A DNA stretch of 64,000 bases from Malacoraja senta (taxonomy: Eukaryota). The stretch is taken from the NCBI GenBank assembly GCA_038087875.1, contig CM075994.1, positions 10,976,001-11,040,000 of the forward strand, given 5' to 3'. A model generated the notes under the pieces. That model was not told the DNA's origin and searched no databases. It saw only the letters and a program-made list of their open reading frames with translations. The position numbers and the translations under genes are program-made. Shown in pieces: positions 1-12,129 of the stretch; positions within the stretch are counted from its first letter, which is position 1; every line of letters begins with the position of its first letter.

Positions 1-25
1 TTTTTTTCAAATATCTCTGTTCCAG

Positions 26-121
26 GGAATGGTACGGAAAGAAATAGAGTCCCTCAATGAACAAATGGTTGATATCTGTAAACGTGTGGATGAAGAAGAG
101 GAAGATGTAAATAAACTGAAG
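26..121 (+). CDS. TRIM protein coiled-coil exon (96 nt), GMVRKEIESLNEQMVDICKRVDEEEEDVNKLK
   Basis: Acceptor ctctgttccag ending at 25, donor gtaag at 122; 32 open codons, phase 0-0; 96 nt is the typical length of the TRIM exon after the RING/B-box exon. Confidence 0.85.
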
Positions 122-584
122 GTAAGAAGAGCCGTTTAAAGGTCCCACACCAAAGCAAAGTTGAGATGGGAAACCAAACAGTTAATGTAAAAACTAGTGT
201 TACGGTCCAATGTCATGTATGTGGGATATTGACACAATCTAGCACCAGGTCAATATTTATTTTTTGTGCCTTTCACTCCATTATATATTTGATCTGTTGT
301 AATATTTTGTTTCGTCCGATTCCATGCCAAAAATTACAATGATCATTTGCTCAAGGTTCCAGCATCCTTAGTTTCTTGTGCCTTCATTGAAAGGCCCGAT
401 GTTTTCTCCAACCACACAACATGAGAAGTGTAGGGAAGGGAGCAGGAGTCAGACAAGTGCTCCATCAAAACACAAAGTGCTGGAGTAATGCAGTGGGTCA
501 GGCAACATCTCTGGAGGGAATGGATAAGCAATGTTTTGGGCTGTTTGTCCATTCCTTTCACAGATGCTCCTGAACAGATCAGTT

Positions 585-1030
585 CATAGAGTCATATAGC
601 GTGGAAACAGGCACTTCGGCCCAACTTGCCCACATGGACCAACATGTCTCATCTACACTAGTCCCACCAGCCTGTGTTTGGACCATATCCTTCTATTTGA
701 TCCATGTACCTGTTTAAATGTTTCTTAAACGTTACGATGGTGCCTGCCTTAGCTACCTCCACAGGCAACTCGTTCCATACACCTACCACCCGTTGTGTAA
801 AAAAGTTACCCCTCCGGTTCCTATTAAATCTTTCCCCTCTGCCTGTATGTTCTTGTCCATATCTTTGCTATAAATGACAAACAGCAATGGGTCCAGCACC
901 GAACCCCAAGGCACACCACTAGTCACAGGCGTCCAGTCCAAAAAGCAACCTTCCACCATCACCCTCTCCTTCCTTCCATGAAACCAATTCTCTATCCATT
1001 CAGCTTTCTCTCCTTGAATCCCATTCAATG
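585..1030 (-). mobile_element. CR1-type LINE fragments (3' end and RT piece)
   Basis: Translation WIENW...PVTSGVPWGSVLDPLLFVIY; CR1-like 3' sequence. Confidence 0.8.
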
Positions 1031-1474
1031 TATATTTCCTACAGCACTTTGTATTTGGCTCAAGATTCCAGCATCTGCATTTCCTTGTGTCTCCATGAGC
1101 TCCATCCAGCCTGCCCGCCTTTCGAGTCATAACTTTTGACCTCACTATTACATCAAACCATCTGTGACATCTCTCCAGTCTGAAGTGTTCCAGAGACTCA
1201 CAAATGTTTGAGCAAACAAAAATCATTTTCTTTCCCTTGGAGATAAAAGGAACTGCAGATACTGGAATCTTGAACAAAACACAAAGTGCTGGAGGAGCTC
1301 AGGGAATCAGGCAGCATCAGTGGAGGAAACGGATAGGCGACTTTTCGGATTAGGACATTTCTTCGGGCTCATTACTCAGATTTCATTCTTCATTCCCTTC
1401 AGTTGGTAAAGCCATTGGCCAAATCTATACCTCCTGTTCTAGATTGTCCCAATCCGAGGAAGTATCCTGTCAAC

Positions 1475-1650
1475 AAGATAGACACAAAATGCTGGAGTAA
1501 CACAGTGGGACAGGCAGCCTCCCTAGATAGAAGGAATGAGGGACGTTTCGGGTTGAGACCCTTCTTCAGACTGAATTCAGAGAGGGAGATACAGAGATAA
1601 GGAAATGTATCTTTGGTTTAAACCAGCATCTGCATTTCCTTCCTACAACA
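1475..1650 (-). repeat. Short Penelope-related repeat with a minimal hammerhead-like core
   Basis: Reverse complement reads CTGAAGAAGGGTCTCAACCCGAAACGTC (1542-1569); the same family recurs at about 3660, 4783, 5050, 7500, 10680, 49810 and 59545. Confidence 0.6.
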
Positions 1651-2513
1651 TAACATGTCAACTACTCCACTCAGAATCTTATTCACTTCCCATATAATAC
1701 AACTCCTTTTAATGATGAGTCAAGTTAATGAACCTTTTCAACACTGCCTTCTGTAAACAAGGAGACTGAATCTGCACCACAGTGTCAAATCATCACCATC
1801 CTAGAACATGGGACATAGGAATAAGCCCTTTGGCCCACAATATCTGCCAAATATAATGACAGGATCAACTCTTATCTGCCTGCACATTATCCATATCCCA
1901 CCATTCACTTGCCTACCCAACAGCCTCTTAAATGCCACTAACGTATCTGCCTCAACCACCCCCACTTACAACAGCACATTCCAAGCACTCACCACCCTTT
2001 GCGAAAATAAAAATACTTGCACCGCACATCTCCTTTAAACTTGTTCCTCTCACCTTAAAGATGTTTCCTCCCACATTCCAAAGATGTGCAGGTTTGTAGG
2101 TTAAATGGCTTCTGTAAATTGTCCCCAGTGTGTGTGATAGAGCTAGTGTATGGGTGATCACTGGTCATCACAGACTTAATGGGGTAAAGACCCAGTTTCA
2201 ACGCTGTATCTCTAAAATAAAAAGAAAGGTAAAGTCCGATTAAAGATAGTTCAAAGGTCTCCAATGAGGTAGATGGTTGGTCAGAACCGCTCTCTAGTTA
2301 GTGAGAGGATGGTTCAGTTGTGTGATAACAGCTGGAAGAAACTGTCCCTGAATCTGGAGGTGTGTGTTTTCAGTTTTAACCTAACATAATGTTCATCTGT
2401 GGCATTGTACAACAAAGGGCCTGTTCGTGTGCTGTATTGTTTTCTGTTCTATGCTCCACGACTACACTTCTCACCTTGCACTGGGTAAATGCACCTGTTG
2501 TTTATTCCATCAG

Positions 2514-2744
2514 AAAGAATCTGCGGCTCTGCAGAAGTACATTGAATCTAAGTTCAAAGAACTGCACCAGTTTTTGCACCAGGAAGAGAAAGAGCTGAAA
2601 ACAAAAATGGAGCAAAAGGAAAATGCCATATTGCAACAACAAGATGAAAATCTGAAGAAAATCTCCGAACAGCATGCATCACTTAAGCAAGCAATCTCAG
2701 ACATGCAAGGAAAACTGTGTCTAGAAGATGCAGAATTTATGCAG
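2514..2744 (+). CDS. TRIM protein coiled-coil exon (231 nt), KESAALQKYIESKFKELHQFLHQEEKEL...EDAEFMQ
   Basis: Acceptor ttccatcag, donor gtattg; 231 nt, phase 0-0; TRIM-type FxxLHQFLxxEE coiled-coil motif within ORF 2427..2798. Confidence 0.92.
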
Positions 2745-2865
2745 GTATTGTCTATTGTTTACATGGGAAACATGATGCCATTACCATTCAGATTCTAAAA
2801 CCCAATGTAGAGTAGAGAACTCCATCAGTCCACATTCAGAACTTTGGCAGCACCAGTCCCAGAAT

Positions 2866-3180
2866 GGGTGGCACGGTGGCGCAGCGGTATAGTTGCCGCC
2901 TTACAGCACTTACAGCGCCAGAGATCCAGGTTCGATCCCGACTATGGGTGCTGTCTGTACGGAGTTTGTACGTTCTCCCCGTGACCGCGTGGGTTATCTC
3001 CGAGGTCTTCGGTTTCCTCCCACACTCCAAAGACGTGCAGGTTTGTAGATTAATTGGCTTCGTAGAAATGTAAATTGTCCCTAGTGTGTGTAGGGTAGTG
3101 TCAATGTGTGAGGATCGCTGGTAGGCGCGGACTCAGTGGTCGGAAGGACCTATTTCCGCATTCTATCTCTAAACCTAAAC
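2866..3180 (+). mobile_element. tRNA-derived SINE (HE1/V-SINE-like)
   Basis: A box TGGCGCAGCGG, B box GGTTCGATCCC, conserved core, CTAAA-type tail; many copies in the window. Confidence 0.88.
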
Positions 3181-4019
3181 CAATATAGCAGCTTTTCTAG
3201 ACTCTTGGATCGTATTCATTAATACTCCAACACACTTCGAAACAAGAAATTGCTGATGCTGGTTTCCACAAGTGGATACAAAGTTCTAGAATAGATCAGC
3301 AGGTCAAGCACCATCAAACATGCTGCTTGATCTGCTGAGTTATAACCGCCCTATGTACACTAAGTCTGAGTCCGTCTAGAGGAGGTCCCAACCCAATTCA
3401 TCATGTATCCTTTCCCCTCTACAGATGCTGCATGATCTGCTGAATTCATTGGGCACTTTGTGCTTTGCACTGTTTTAAATCATCGTTTTTTATAGATGAT
3501 ATGTAGAATAACATTCCCGTTAACTCATTATCACCGACCCCACAGACAACAATGGACCATTGTGGGCTATACCTTTCCTTGATCATCGTTGCTTTTTGCA
3601 TATCTTTCATTCATTTCTTCTATGTACCTTCCACATCTCTCGTTTCCCTTTCCCCTGACACTCAGTCTGAAGAAGGGTCTCGACCCAAAACCTATTCCTT
3701 CTCTCCAGAGATGCTGCCTCGCCCGCTGAGTTACTCCAGATTTTTGTGTCTATTCCAGTTAACCAGGTACATTTAAACAGAGCACTAGAAGCAGAACGAG
3801 GCAAGTTTCAAGGAAGCATGGATGGGGAGTGGGGCCCAGGTGAGTTTTAAGGGAGACTGGTTAAGTCAAGTTGAGTTTATTGTCATATGAATATGTAGAG
3901 TGAAGGACAGATACAATGAAAATCTTGATTCCTGCACCATCTCAAGCTTATAGACACAATCAGCACACAGAATCACATCAGACCCAAGCTCTGCAATCCA
4001 GTGAAAAGGAAAAGACTAG

Positions 4020-4585
4020 TTGGGCATTGAGTAGAAGTGTCGGGAAGACATGATGCAGATTTTTAGCACTTTGGTTAGACCTGATTTGGAGTATTATGTG
4101 CAGTTGTGGACACCCCAATATAAGAAGTACGTAGAGGCCTTGGAGAGAATGCACTAGATGTTTACCAGAATGATGCCTGGATTACAGGGAATTAGTATCC
4201 GACGAGGATGGACAAACGTGGATAGTTTTCTCTGGACTGCCGGTTGAGGAGAGACCTGATGGAAGTAGATAAAGTCAAGAAAGCCAAAGGGTGGAGGGTC
4301 AGAAACCTTTCCTATGGTGGAAATATGAAAGATTCGAGGGCATAGCTTTATGGTGAGGAGAAAATATTGAAAGGAGATGTGTAGGACAATCGAGGGTGGT
4401 TGGTGCCTGGAATGCACGACCAGGGGTGGTGGTGGTGGATGCAGGTCCAATACTGGTGTTTATGGGCTTTTAGACAGGCATGTCATGGTCACACGCAGGC
4501 AGATGAGATTAGTCTATCTTGGCATCAAGTTTGGCACCGATATTGTGGGCCAAAGGGCCTGCTCCAGTATTGTGCTGTGCTGTTC
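4020..4585 (+). mobile_element. Old CR1 LINE 3' fragment
   Basis: Degenerate match to the LVRPHLEYCVQFW region and 3' end of younger CR1 copies in the window. Confidence 0.7.
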
Positions 4586-4771
4586 TGTAAGTGTGGAAAT
4601 TTAACACCAGAATGCTAAAGGAAGAATGGCAACTAAGAGTAGGAAGGAACTGCAGATGCTAGTTTAAACCAAAGATAGTTTGACTTCTCTAACTTCAAGT
4701 AACCCTTGCTTTCCCTCTCTCTCCACCCCTTCCCCTTCCCAGAACTCCGACCAGTTTGATTTTCCATGATT

Positions 4772-4922
4772 ACATTTTATCTCTGAAGAAGGGTTTCAGC
4801 CCGAAACGTTGCCTATTTCCTTCGCTCCATAGATGCTGCTGCACCCGCTGAGTTTCTCCAGCATTTTTGTGTACCTTCGATTTTCCAGCATCTGCAGTTC
4901 CTTCTTTAACATTTTATCTCTG
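4772..4922 (+). repeat. Short hammerhead-bearing insertion flanked by 14-bp direct repeats
   Basis: ACATTTTATCTCTG at 4772-4785 and 4909-4922; core CTGAAGAAGGGTTTCAGCCCGAAACGTT from 4783. Confidence 0.65.
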
Positions 4923-5518
4923 TTTGCTTTGTTGTTACCATCTCCTAGCTAACAATGATCTATTCGACATTTTCCTTGATCACCCCCTTTGATGTCTCGT
5001 TCACACACCTTACACTTCCTTATCTCTGTATCTCCCCCCTCCCCTGACTCAATCTAAAGAAGGGTCACGATCCGAAACATCACCCATTCCTTCTCTCCAG
5101 AGATGCTGCCTGTCCCACTGAGGTACACCAACATTTTGTGTCTATCAATGGTGACTAAGATCCCGGTGCGTTAAAAGGAACAGGGAAATCAGCACGTGAT
5201 GTGGCAAATTGGATGCATCAGGATTTCCAAATAGTCAGAACGTGAAATAATAGAGGTTTACTGCACCAAAGAATCATTTCCTCAGATCTGTGAGCTTCAA
5301 TTTTAACAGTCGGTTTTTCTGTTAATAGACGATAGAACTTGGGACATAGCACAGGAACAGACCTTTCAACCCACAATCTCACAGCTGAATATGATTCCAA
5401 GCTAAACTAATCTCTTCAGTCTGTACATGATCCATATCCCTCCATGCCCTGCATATCCATGTGCCTATCTAAACGCCACTTAGATGCTGCTATTTTATCA
5501 ACGTGCACCACGACCTAT

Positions 5519-5810
5519 GGCAGCACGGTGGCGCAGCGGTAGCACCACTGCCTCACAGTGCCAGAGACCCGGGTTCCATCCTGAAGAAGGGTGCTGTCTG
5601 TACGGACTTTGTACATTCTCCCGTGACCTGCGTGGGTTTCTCCGAGATCTTCAGTTTCATCCCGCACAGTTTGTAGGTTAATTGGCTTGGTAAAATTATA
5701 AATTGTTCCTAATGTGTGTAGGGGAGTGTTAATGTGCGGGGATTGGTGGTCGGTGTAGACTCTGTGGGCTGAAGGGCCTGTTTCCGCATTGTATCTCTAA
5801 ACTAAACTAA
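5519..5810 (+). mobile_element. tRNA-derived SINE (HE1-like)
   Basis: A and B boxes, shared core, (CTAAA)n tail. Confidence 0.85.
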
Positions 5811-6207
5811 TAAACCACCTCTGGCTGTACGTTCAAGGTACCCACCACCCACCGTGTACAAATTAAAATTGTGCCCCTTAGGCAAGCTGTGGTTGACAAG
5901 CAAATGCAGAAAATCAAAAATAGAAACCTAAAATATTGCTGAAGAAAGAAACAGAGTTAACATTATTAACCTGAAGATTGGCTTGGTATCAGTGTAAATT
6001 GTCCCCAGTGCGATAGTGTTAATGTGTGGGGATCGCTGGTTGGTGCGGACTCAGTGGGCTGAAGGGCCTGTTTCCGCATTGTATCTCTAAACTAAACTAA
6101 ACTAAACATTAACTCTGCGTTACTCTTGCCACAGATGCTGCCTGATCAGATGTGCTTGTCCATTTTCCTTTCGCAGTTTGAGCTTGGGCACTGTCCGTGC
6201 AGAGTTT

Positions 6208-6412
6208 GACAATAGACAATAGGTGCAGGAGTAGGCCACTCGGCCCTTCAAGCCAGCACCGCCATTGAATGTGATCATGGCTGATCATCCCCAATCAGTA
6301 CCCCGTTCCTGCCTTTTCCCCATATTCCCTGAATCTTTAAGAGCACTTTCCAGCTCTCTCTTGAAAGCATCCAGAGAACCTGCCTCCACCTCCCTCTGAG
6401 GCAGAGAATTCC
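6208..6412 (-). mobile_element. CR1 LINE 3' terminal fragment
   Basis: Reverse complement of the CR1 3' UTR seen at about 14400-14565, with (CTATTGT)n tail. Confidence 0.8.
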
Positions 6413-6877
6413 AATTGAGAGAATTCCAACAGAGAATTGCATGTTCTCTCTGTGACCACGTGGGTTTTCTCCAGGTGCTCCTGTTTCCGCCCTCATGCCA
6501 AAGTTGTGGGGGTTTGTAGGTTTACTGGTTTTTGTAAAATTGCCAATAGTGTGTAGGGAGTGGATGGGAAAGTGGAATAACTTAGAACTGATGCAAATGG
6601 GTGATCGATGATCAGGATGGGCTTTGTGAGGCAATGGGCCTATTTCCGTGTTGTATACCTAAACTAAACTAAACCCATCTATGCAATGTATCAACAGGCT
6701 TCTGATGAGAGAGCTACTGTTGAATTTCGCATTATGAGTTCGGTTTTGAATGTATTCTGTCCAAATCTTGTCTCAGTGGAAAGTCTAATCGCAGTTTTTA
6801 TACAATAAATTTGGAAATGCATTTTTACCATTGTTTAAGTTTCTGACAGATCTTTGTAATGCAATGTTGTAATAAAA

Positions 6878-7190
6878 GGTGGCATGGTGCAGCGATAGAG
6901 TTGCTGCCTTACAGCACCAGAGACCCGGGTTCGATCCTGACTATGGGGACTGTCAAGACGGAGTTTGTACCTTTTCCCCGTGACCTCTGTGGGTTTTCTC
7001 AGAGATCTTCAGTTTCCTCACACACTCCAAAAGACGTACAATTTTGTAGATAATTGGCTTGGTTTAAATGTAAATTGTCCCTAGTTTGGGCAGGATAGTG
7101 TTAATGTGCGGGGATCGCTGGTCGATGCGGGCTCGGTGGGTCGAAGGGCCTGTTTCTGTGCTGTATCTCCACAACTAAAAACTAAAACAA
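6878..7190 (+). mobile_element. tRNA-derived SINE (HE1-like)
   Basis: A and B boxes, core and A-rich tail ending just before the 23-nt exon acceptor. Confidence 0.85.
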
Positions 7191-7214
7191 AAACAAACTT
7201 CTTCTCTCTTTCAG

Positions 7215-7237
7215 GATATTAAAAATATTCTTGGCCG
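7215..7237 (+). CDS. TRIM protein 23-nt micro-exon (DIKNILG-R)
   Basis: Polypyrimidine tract cttctctctttcag, donor gtaagt; 23 nt phase 0-2, as typical of PRY-SPRY TRIM genes. Confidence 0.88.
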
Positions 7238-8182
7238 GTAAGTGCTTTCTTGTCCATATTTGGCTGACAATTATATATTCTTTAACGCAACTCATTCCAC
7301 CTGTAGTCCTTTACATTGTTGGATACAGATGCCATGCAAAGTGACTGATTACTTGGTTAATTGGAGCAAAAAACTGTAGAGGCTGGAAATTCAGAACATA
7401 AAGAAGAGACACACAGAAATGCAGATGCTGAAATCTTGAGCAAAACACGGGGTGGTGGAGGAACTCAGCGGCATCTGTAGAGGGAATGGACAGGTGACAT
7501 TTCGGGTCAGGACCCTTCTTCATACTGATTGTAGTAGCAGGGAGAAAGCTGAGAAGGAGTAGTGTGCGGGACAAAGCCTGGCGAGTGATAGGTAGATACA
7601 GTTGGGGTGGGGGGTTGATTGGCAGTGGAATAAGTGACACAGGCTCAAGATAAAAAGGCAACAAATATGTGTCAGGTAAGACGAGCACATGGGTGAAATG
7701 CAAAGCAAAAGGGAGGGATCTAGATGGAAGAACAGGCATTTCAGCCCACAATGTCTATGCCATACACGATGCCAGGCTTACCTGCTTGCACATAATCAAT
7801 ATCCCTCCATTCCCTGTGAATCCAAAAGTCTCTTCAATACCACCACCGTATCTGCGACCACCACCGCCCCTGGCAGCATTTTCCAGGCACTCACCGCCCT
7901 CTGTGTAAAAAAAAACTTGTCCCGCGGATCTCTTTTATACTTTGTCCCTCTCACCTTAAAACTGCCCTCCAGTATTTGATACTTACATCCTGGGAAAAGG
8001 GTTCTCACTGTCTAACGTATGCATGCTCCTCATAATTTTATATAATTCTATTAGGTCTCCCCTTAACCTCTGATGTTCCAGAGAAAATAATCCAAGTCTG
8101 TCAAATGGCTATGGAAAATACCACCTAATCCAGGTATCATTCCGATAAACCTTTCCAGAGCCTCCATATCTTCTGGGTAAAG

Positions 8183-9224
8183 TAGCAATGTTACAAAATT
8201 TTGAGATTTAAAAACTAAAGTCTGCAATTTATCCCATCAGATAAAGCATAAAAAGAAGTTTAATTTGACACTTAATTCACTTTCATATCTTCAGTATTAA
8301 AGAAGTTATGGCCATTATCATACTCAGAAATTAGCATCTAGTTCCCTATTGCTTTTCCATTGACTTAACACAAAAGCTGTGATCGAGGACAGTTAAAAGC
8401 TCATAACTTTCTTAAAAATTATGGTAACTGAAAGAAATTTTCAGGTATTATAGATTGAAGCATTCTGAAACAAATATGAAACAATCTTACTTCGAAGACA
8501 TGAAAGTAAAGCATATAATTAGTTAGTTACCTAATTGTAGCTAATTACAAAATTCAATTACTAGATCTAAACATCTATCACTTTCTTAAGAATAGATTAA
8601 CATTTTTAAATAGCCTAAGTGTCCAAATAACATTCACACAATAATTCACAATATAACATAATTTTTAAATCTAATTTTCATGAATTTACAGGCCAAATGG
8701 AAGGAATTAAATGTTTAATACCTGTAAATTAATGGGCATTTAATTCATCTTGCGAGTGAGAATTTCTGGAACGCGATCTTTTGGAACGTTCATTTGCGGT
8801 GAATTTAACCCCGTATTGGCATGAAAAATACTGCCGTTAATTCGGGGAATAAAATCACCGTGTCGCATGACAAAATGTGAATTAAAGGCTTCTTAAGAAG
8901 CACTTTTATACATTTAAAGAAAGCACTTTCGTTTACCTGTCCATTGTGTGAAATCCGTCCCCGTTATTGGCGTTGACGCTTCAGGAGCTGCTTTTAAAAC
9001 TACTGTAGCGCTGACATTGACGATTTAATAAATTAAAAAAATTCACAAAACGCCGGTAGGAACGATTTTGTCAGCGAAAGTTTGTACTCCAACAAAATAT
9101 TTCCAGGACAAGGGAGGAGAAACCGCGTTTTAACCCCGCCCCCCCCCTTAAAGGCGCCAAAATCGCGCACACGGCCAGTGGCAGAATTACAGCGCGACTG
9201 AAGGTAAGTTTTGTAACATACCTA
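8183..9224. mobile_element. Non-autonomous DNA transposon (~1.04 kb), copy 1
   Basis: Imperfect TIRs TAGCAATGTTACAAAA / TTTTGTAACATACCTA; flanking 7-bp direct repeat GGTAAAG; interrupts a CR1 fragment; inverted homologue at 59724-60769. Confidence 0.85.
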
Positions 9225-10460
9225 GGTAAAGGGATGAGCAGAACTGCATGCAATCCTCCATATGTGGCCTAACTAATGTCTAATAAACCTGCATCATGAC
9301 TTCATGACTGGAATTTATTTTGCACTAAACATTATTCCTATTATCATGTATCTACACTGTGGATGGCTCGTTTATAATCATCTATTGTTTTTCTGCTGAC
9401 TAGTTAAAATGCAAGAAAAGCTTTTCATTGAACTTCAGTACAATGTGACAATGAACTAAATGCAACGACTCATGCACAATGAGTTGATCAATGAAAACAA
9501 GCATATAACATGCTTTGTTTGCCACTCGATCCACTTGTGTTGCCAAGAATAGGGGGAGAAATGGGATGTACTGGGTTGGGTGCGGAGAAGAGAGAGGCAG
9601 TAGGGAGGGTAATTACCTACAATTGAAAAATTCAATTGGAGAAACAAGAACTGCTCAGAGAACTCAACAGATCAAGCAGTATCTAAAGATGGGGAAACAG
9701 GGACAACATTTCAGGTCAATAACACTTCATCAATACTGGGAAAGACTGGGAAAACGCTGCTTCTCTCTCCTATCCTGCCCGTTACCTGGGAAGCCCCCGA
9801 GGCTCCAGTCCTTCTAATCAATGTAACCAAGGCACTGTTATTGTACATCTTTTCCACACCTTCAACAAATTCTTCACACTTAATTCCTCTAACACATACA
9901 GTTCAGAAGGAATATCCATTACCCATGGAGAAGGTTAATATCTAGTGGCAGTGAAGCAATGGATAATAAAACCAATGTCTCATGTGCAAGGGATGAGATA
10001 TGATACAATACAATAGAACTTTATTTATCCCAGGAGGGAAATTGGTCCGCCAACAGTCATAAAACACAAGATACATGAAACATGAAATTAAAGTGACGAG
10101 TGGAGTGTCCAGGATTTGGGATGCAGTACAGGGAGTACAATACTATCAGAAGTGCTGCATTTTGTTTGAGGTCTCCATTTGCTTGCTGAGGTAGTCCTTG
10201 CAGAATACTATAAAAAAAACAACTGAAAATTCCTCCTTGATACACCGGGGTCAATAACTATCCCCAATCAACGCATAGAATAACTTGATTTATATATTTC
10301 TCATATATGTTGTTCATATTTCCCTAAGACCTGTCTTGGATAGTAGTCTGTGAACAGTCAGAAGTTGCGGGCAGTGCTGATACGTATATAAAGTGAGATC
10401 ATAGATAGGGTGTATCATTCTACTTTTACATCTCAGCGATACTTTTTATTTCCAACACAG

Positions 10461-10579
10461 GTGTGAAAACATGCAGTTCCAGAGGCCCGCCAGAGTTTCC
10501 ATTGACCTCAGGCAAGATGATATCAGCGGCCCCTTTCAGTTCAACCTGTGGAAACGGATGCTGAAGCTAATTAATCCAG
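10461..10579 (+). CDS. TRIM protein linker exon (119 nt), CENMQFQRPARVSIDLRQDDISGPFQFNLWKRMLKLINP
   Basis: Acceptor tttccaacacag, donor gtaaat; phase 2-1 joins both neighbouring exons in frame; GPxQxxxWKxM motif typical of the pre-PRY linker. Confidence 0.9.
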
Positions 10580-10986
10580 GTAAATTTATCTTCCGGTAGA
10601 GTCGAGGAATTATGGTGAATGAAATATGGAAGAGATTTTGATAGAGGTATGAGAAAAAGTTGACACATTTGGTCCAGTCTGAAGAAAGGTTTTGTCCTGA
10701 ACCGTCACCTATTCCTTTAATCCAGAGATGCTGCCTGACCCGCTGAGTTACTCCAGCATCTTGTGTCTATCTTCAGTGTAAATTACCACCTGCAGCTCCT
10801 TCCTACACATTTGGGCTGGGCCAGCCCACAGGTCCAATAGCGATTCACCAGATATGTAACATGGCTGGTAATCCTGGGGCCTGAACTAACAGTTTAAAGA
10901 TCTGAGTTCACAGAGTTTGAAAGTATCTGTAGTATCTGTAGTGACCCCCCTCCCCCACCCTCTTTACCTATATCCACCTATCACCT

Positions 10987-11271
10987 GGGCTGCATGGTGG
11001 CGTAGAGGTAGAGTTGATGCCTTACAGCTCCAGAGTCCTGGGTTCGATCCTGACTACGGGTGCTGTCTGTATATAGTTTGTACATTCTCCCTGTGACCGC
11101 GTGGAGTTTCCAACCACATTACAAAGACGTGCAGGTTTGTAGCTTAATTGTATTGTGTAAATTGTCCCTAGTGTGTAGGATGGAACTAGTACGGGTGACC
11201 AGTGGTTGACGTGGACTCGTTGAGCCGAAGGGCCTGTTTCCATGATGTTTCTCTAAAATAGACTAAACTAA
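10987..11271 (+). mobile_element. tRNA-derived SINE (HE1-like)
   Basis: A and B boxes, core, CTAAA tail. Confidence 0.85.
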
Positions 11272-11586
11272 ATCACTTGCTAGGCTCTGTGCCATTCCAC
11301 CTCCCTCTTCCAGCCAGCGGGCATAACTGAATGGTGAGAGGGGCAACATTTAAAGGTGATGTGCGGGCTAAATATTTTACACGGAGGGTGGTGGGTACCT
11401 GGAATTTGCTGCCAGCGGTGGTGGAGACAGATGTGACTGTGGTGTTTTGGATGTGCACATGAATATGTAGGGATATGGATAACATGTAGGCGGAGAAGCT
11501 TAGTTTAACTTGGCATCATGTTCAGCATGAATACGGTAGACAGTTCTTGTGCTGTACTGCTATATGTTCTAAATGTGATATGTTCG

Positions 11587-11900
11587 GAGCGGCACGGTGG
11601 CGCAGTGGTAGAGTTGCTGCCTTACAGTTCTTGCAGCACCACAGACCCGGGTTCGATCCCGACTACGGGTGCTGTCTGTACGGAGATTGTACGTTCTTCC
11701 CGTTACCGCGTGGGTTTTCTCCGAGATCTTCCGTTTCCTCCCACACTCCAAAGATGTACAGGTTTGTAGGTTAATTGGCTTTGTGTATGTGTAAAATTAT
11801 TCCCAGTGTGTGTAGGATAGTGTTAATGTGCGGGGATCACTGGTAGGTGGGTTAACCGGCCTGTTTTCGCGCCGTATCTCCAAACTAAACTAAACTAAAC
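11587..11900 (+). mobile_element. tRNA-derived SINE (HE1-like)
   Basis: A and B boxes, core, (CTAAA)n tail. Confidence 0.88.
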
Positions 11901-12129
11901 AGAAAACGGGTAATGTTTCAGATCTGCGACCTGTGTTCAGAACTGAGCAAAATGAAAACAGCATCTTCTGACATTATCCAATTTTATTTTACATATCCAG
12001 TATCTGCAGTTTCTTTTTACATTTTCGTTTACTGTGCATGAATGTATATTAACCAACCACTGAATGTGTCAAAATGTTTGATTGGCAAATCGCGTGGATT
12101 CACCATGCAGACTTTTTTCTCCTCTTCAG

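Noticed and set aside
2866..2945. tRNA-like sequences with A and B boxes
   Set aside because: These are SINE heads followed by a SINE core and tail, not tRNA genes.
12042..12129. N-terminal extension of the 203-aa PRY-SPRY ORF as a single-exon gene
   Set aside because: Intronic; a strong acceptor at 12129 joins in frame with the upstream TRIM exons.
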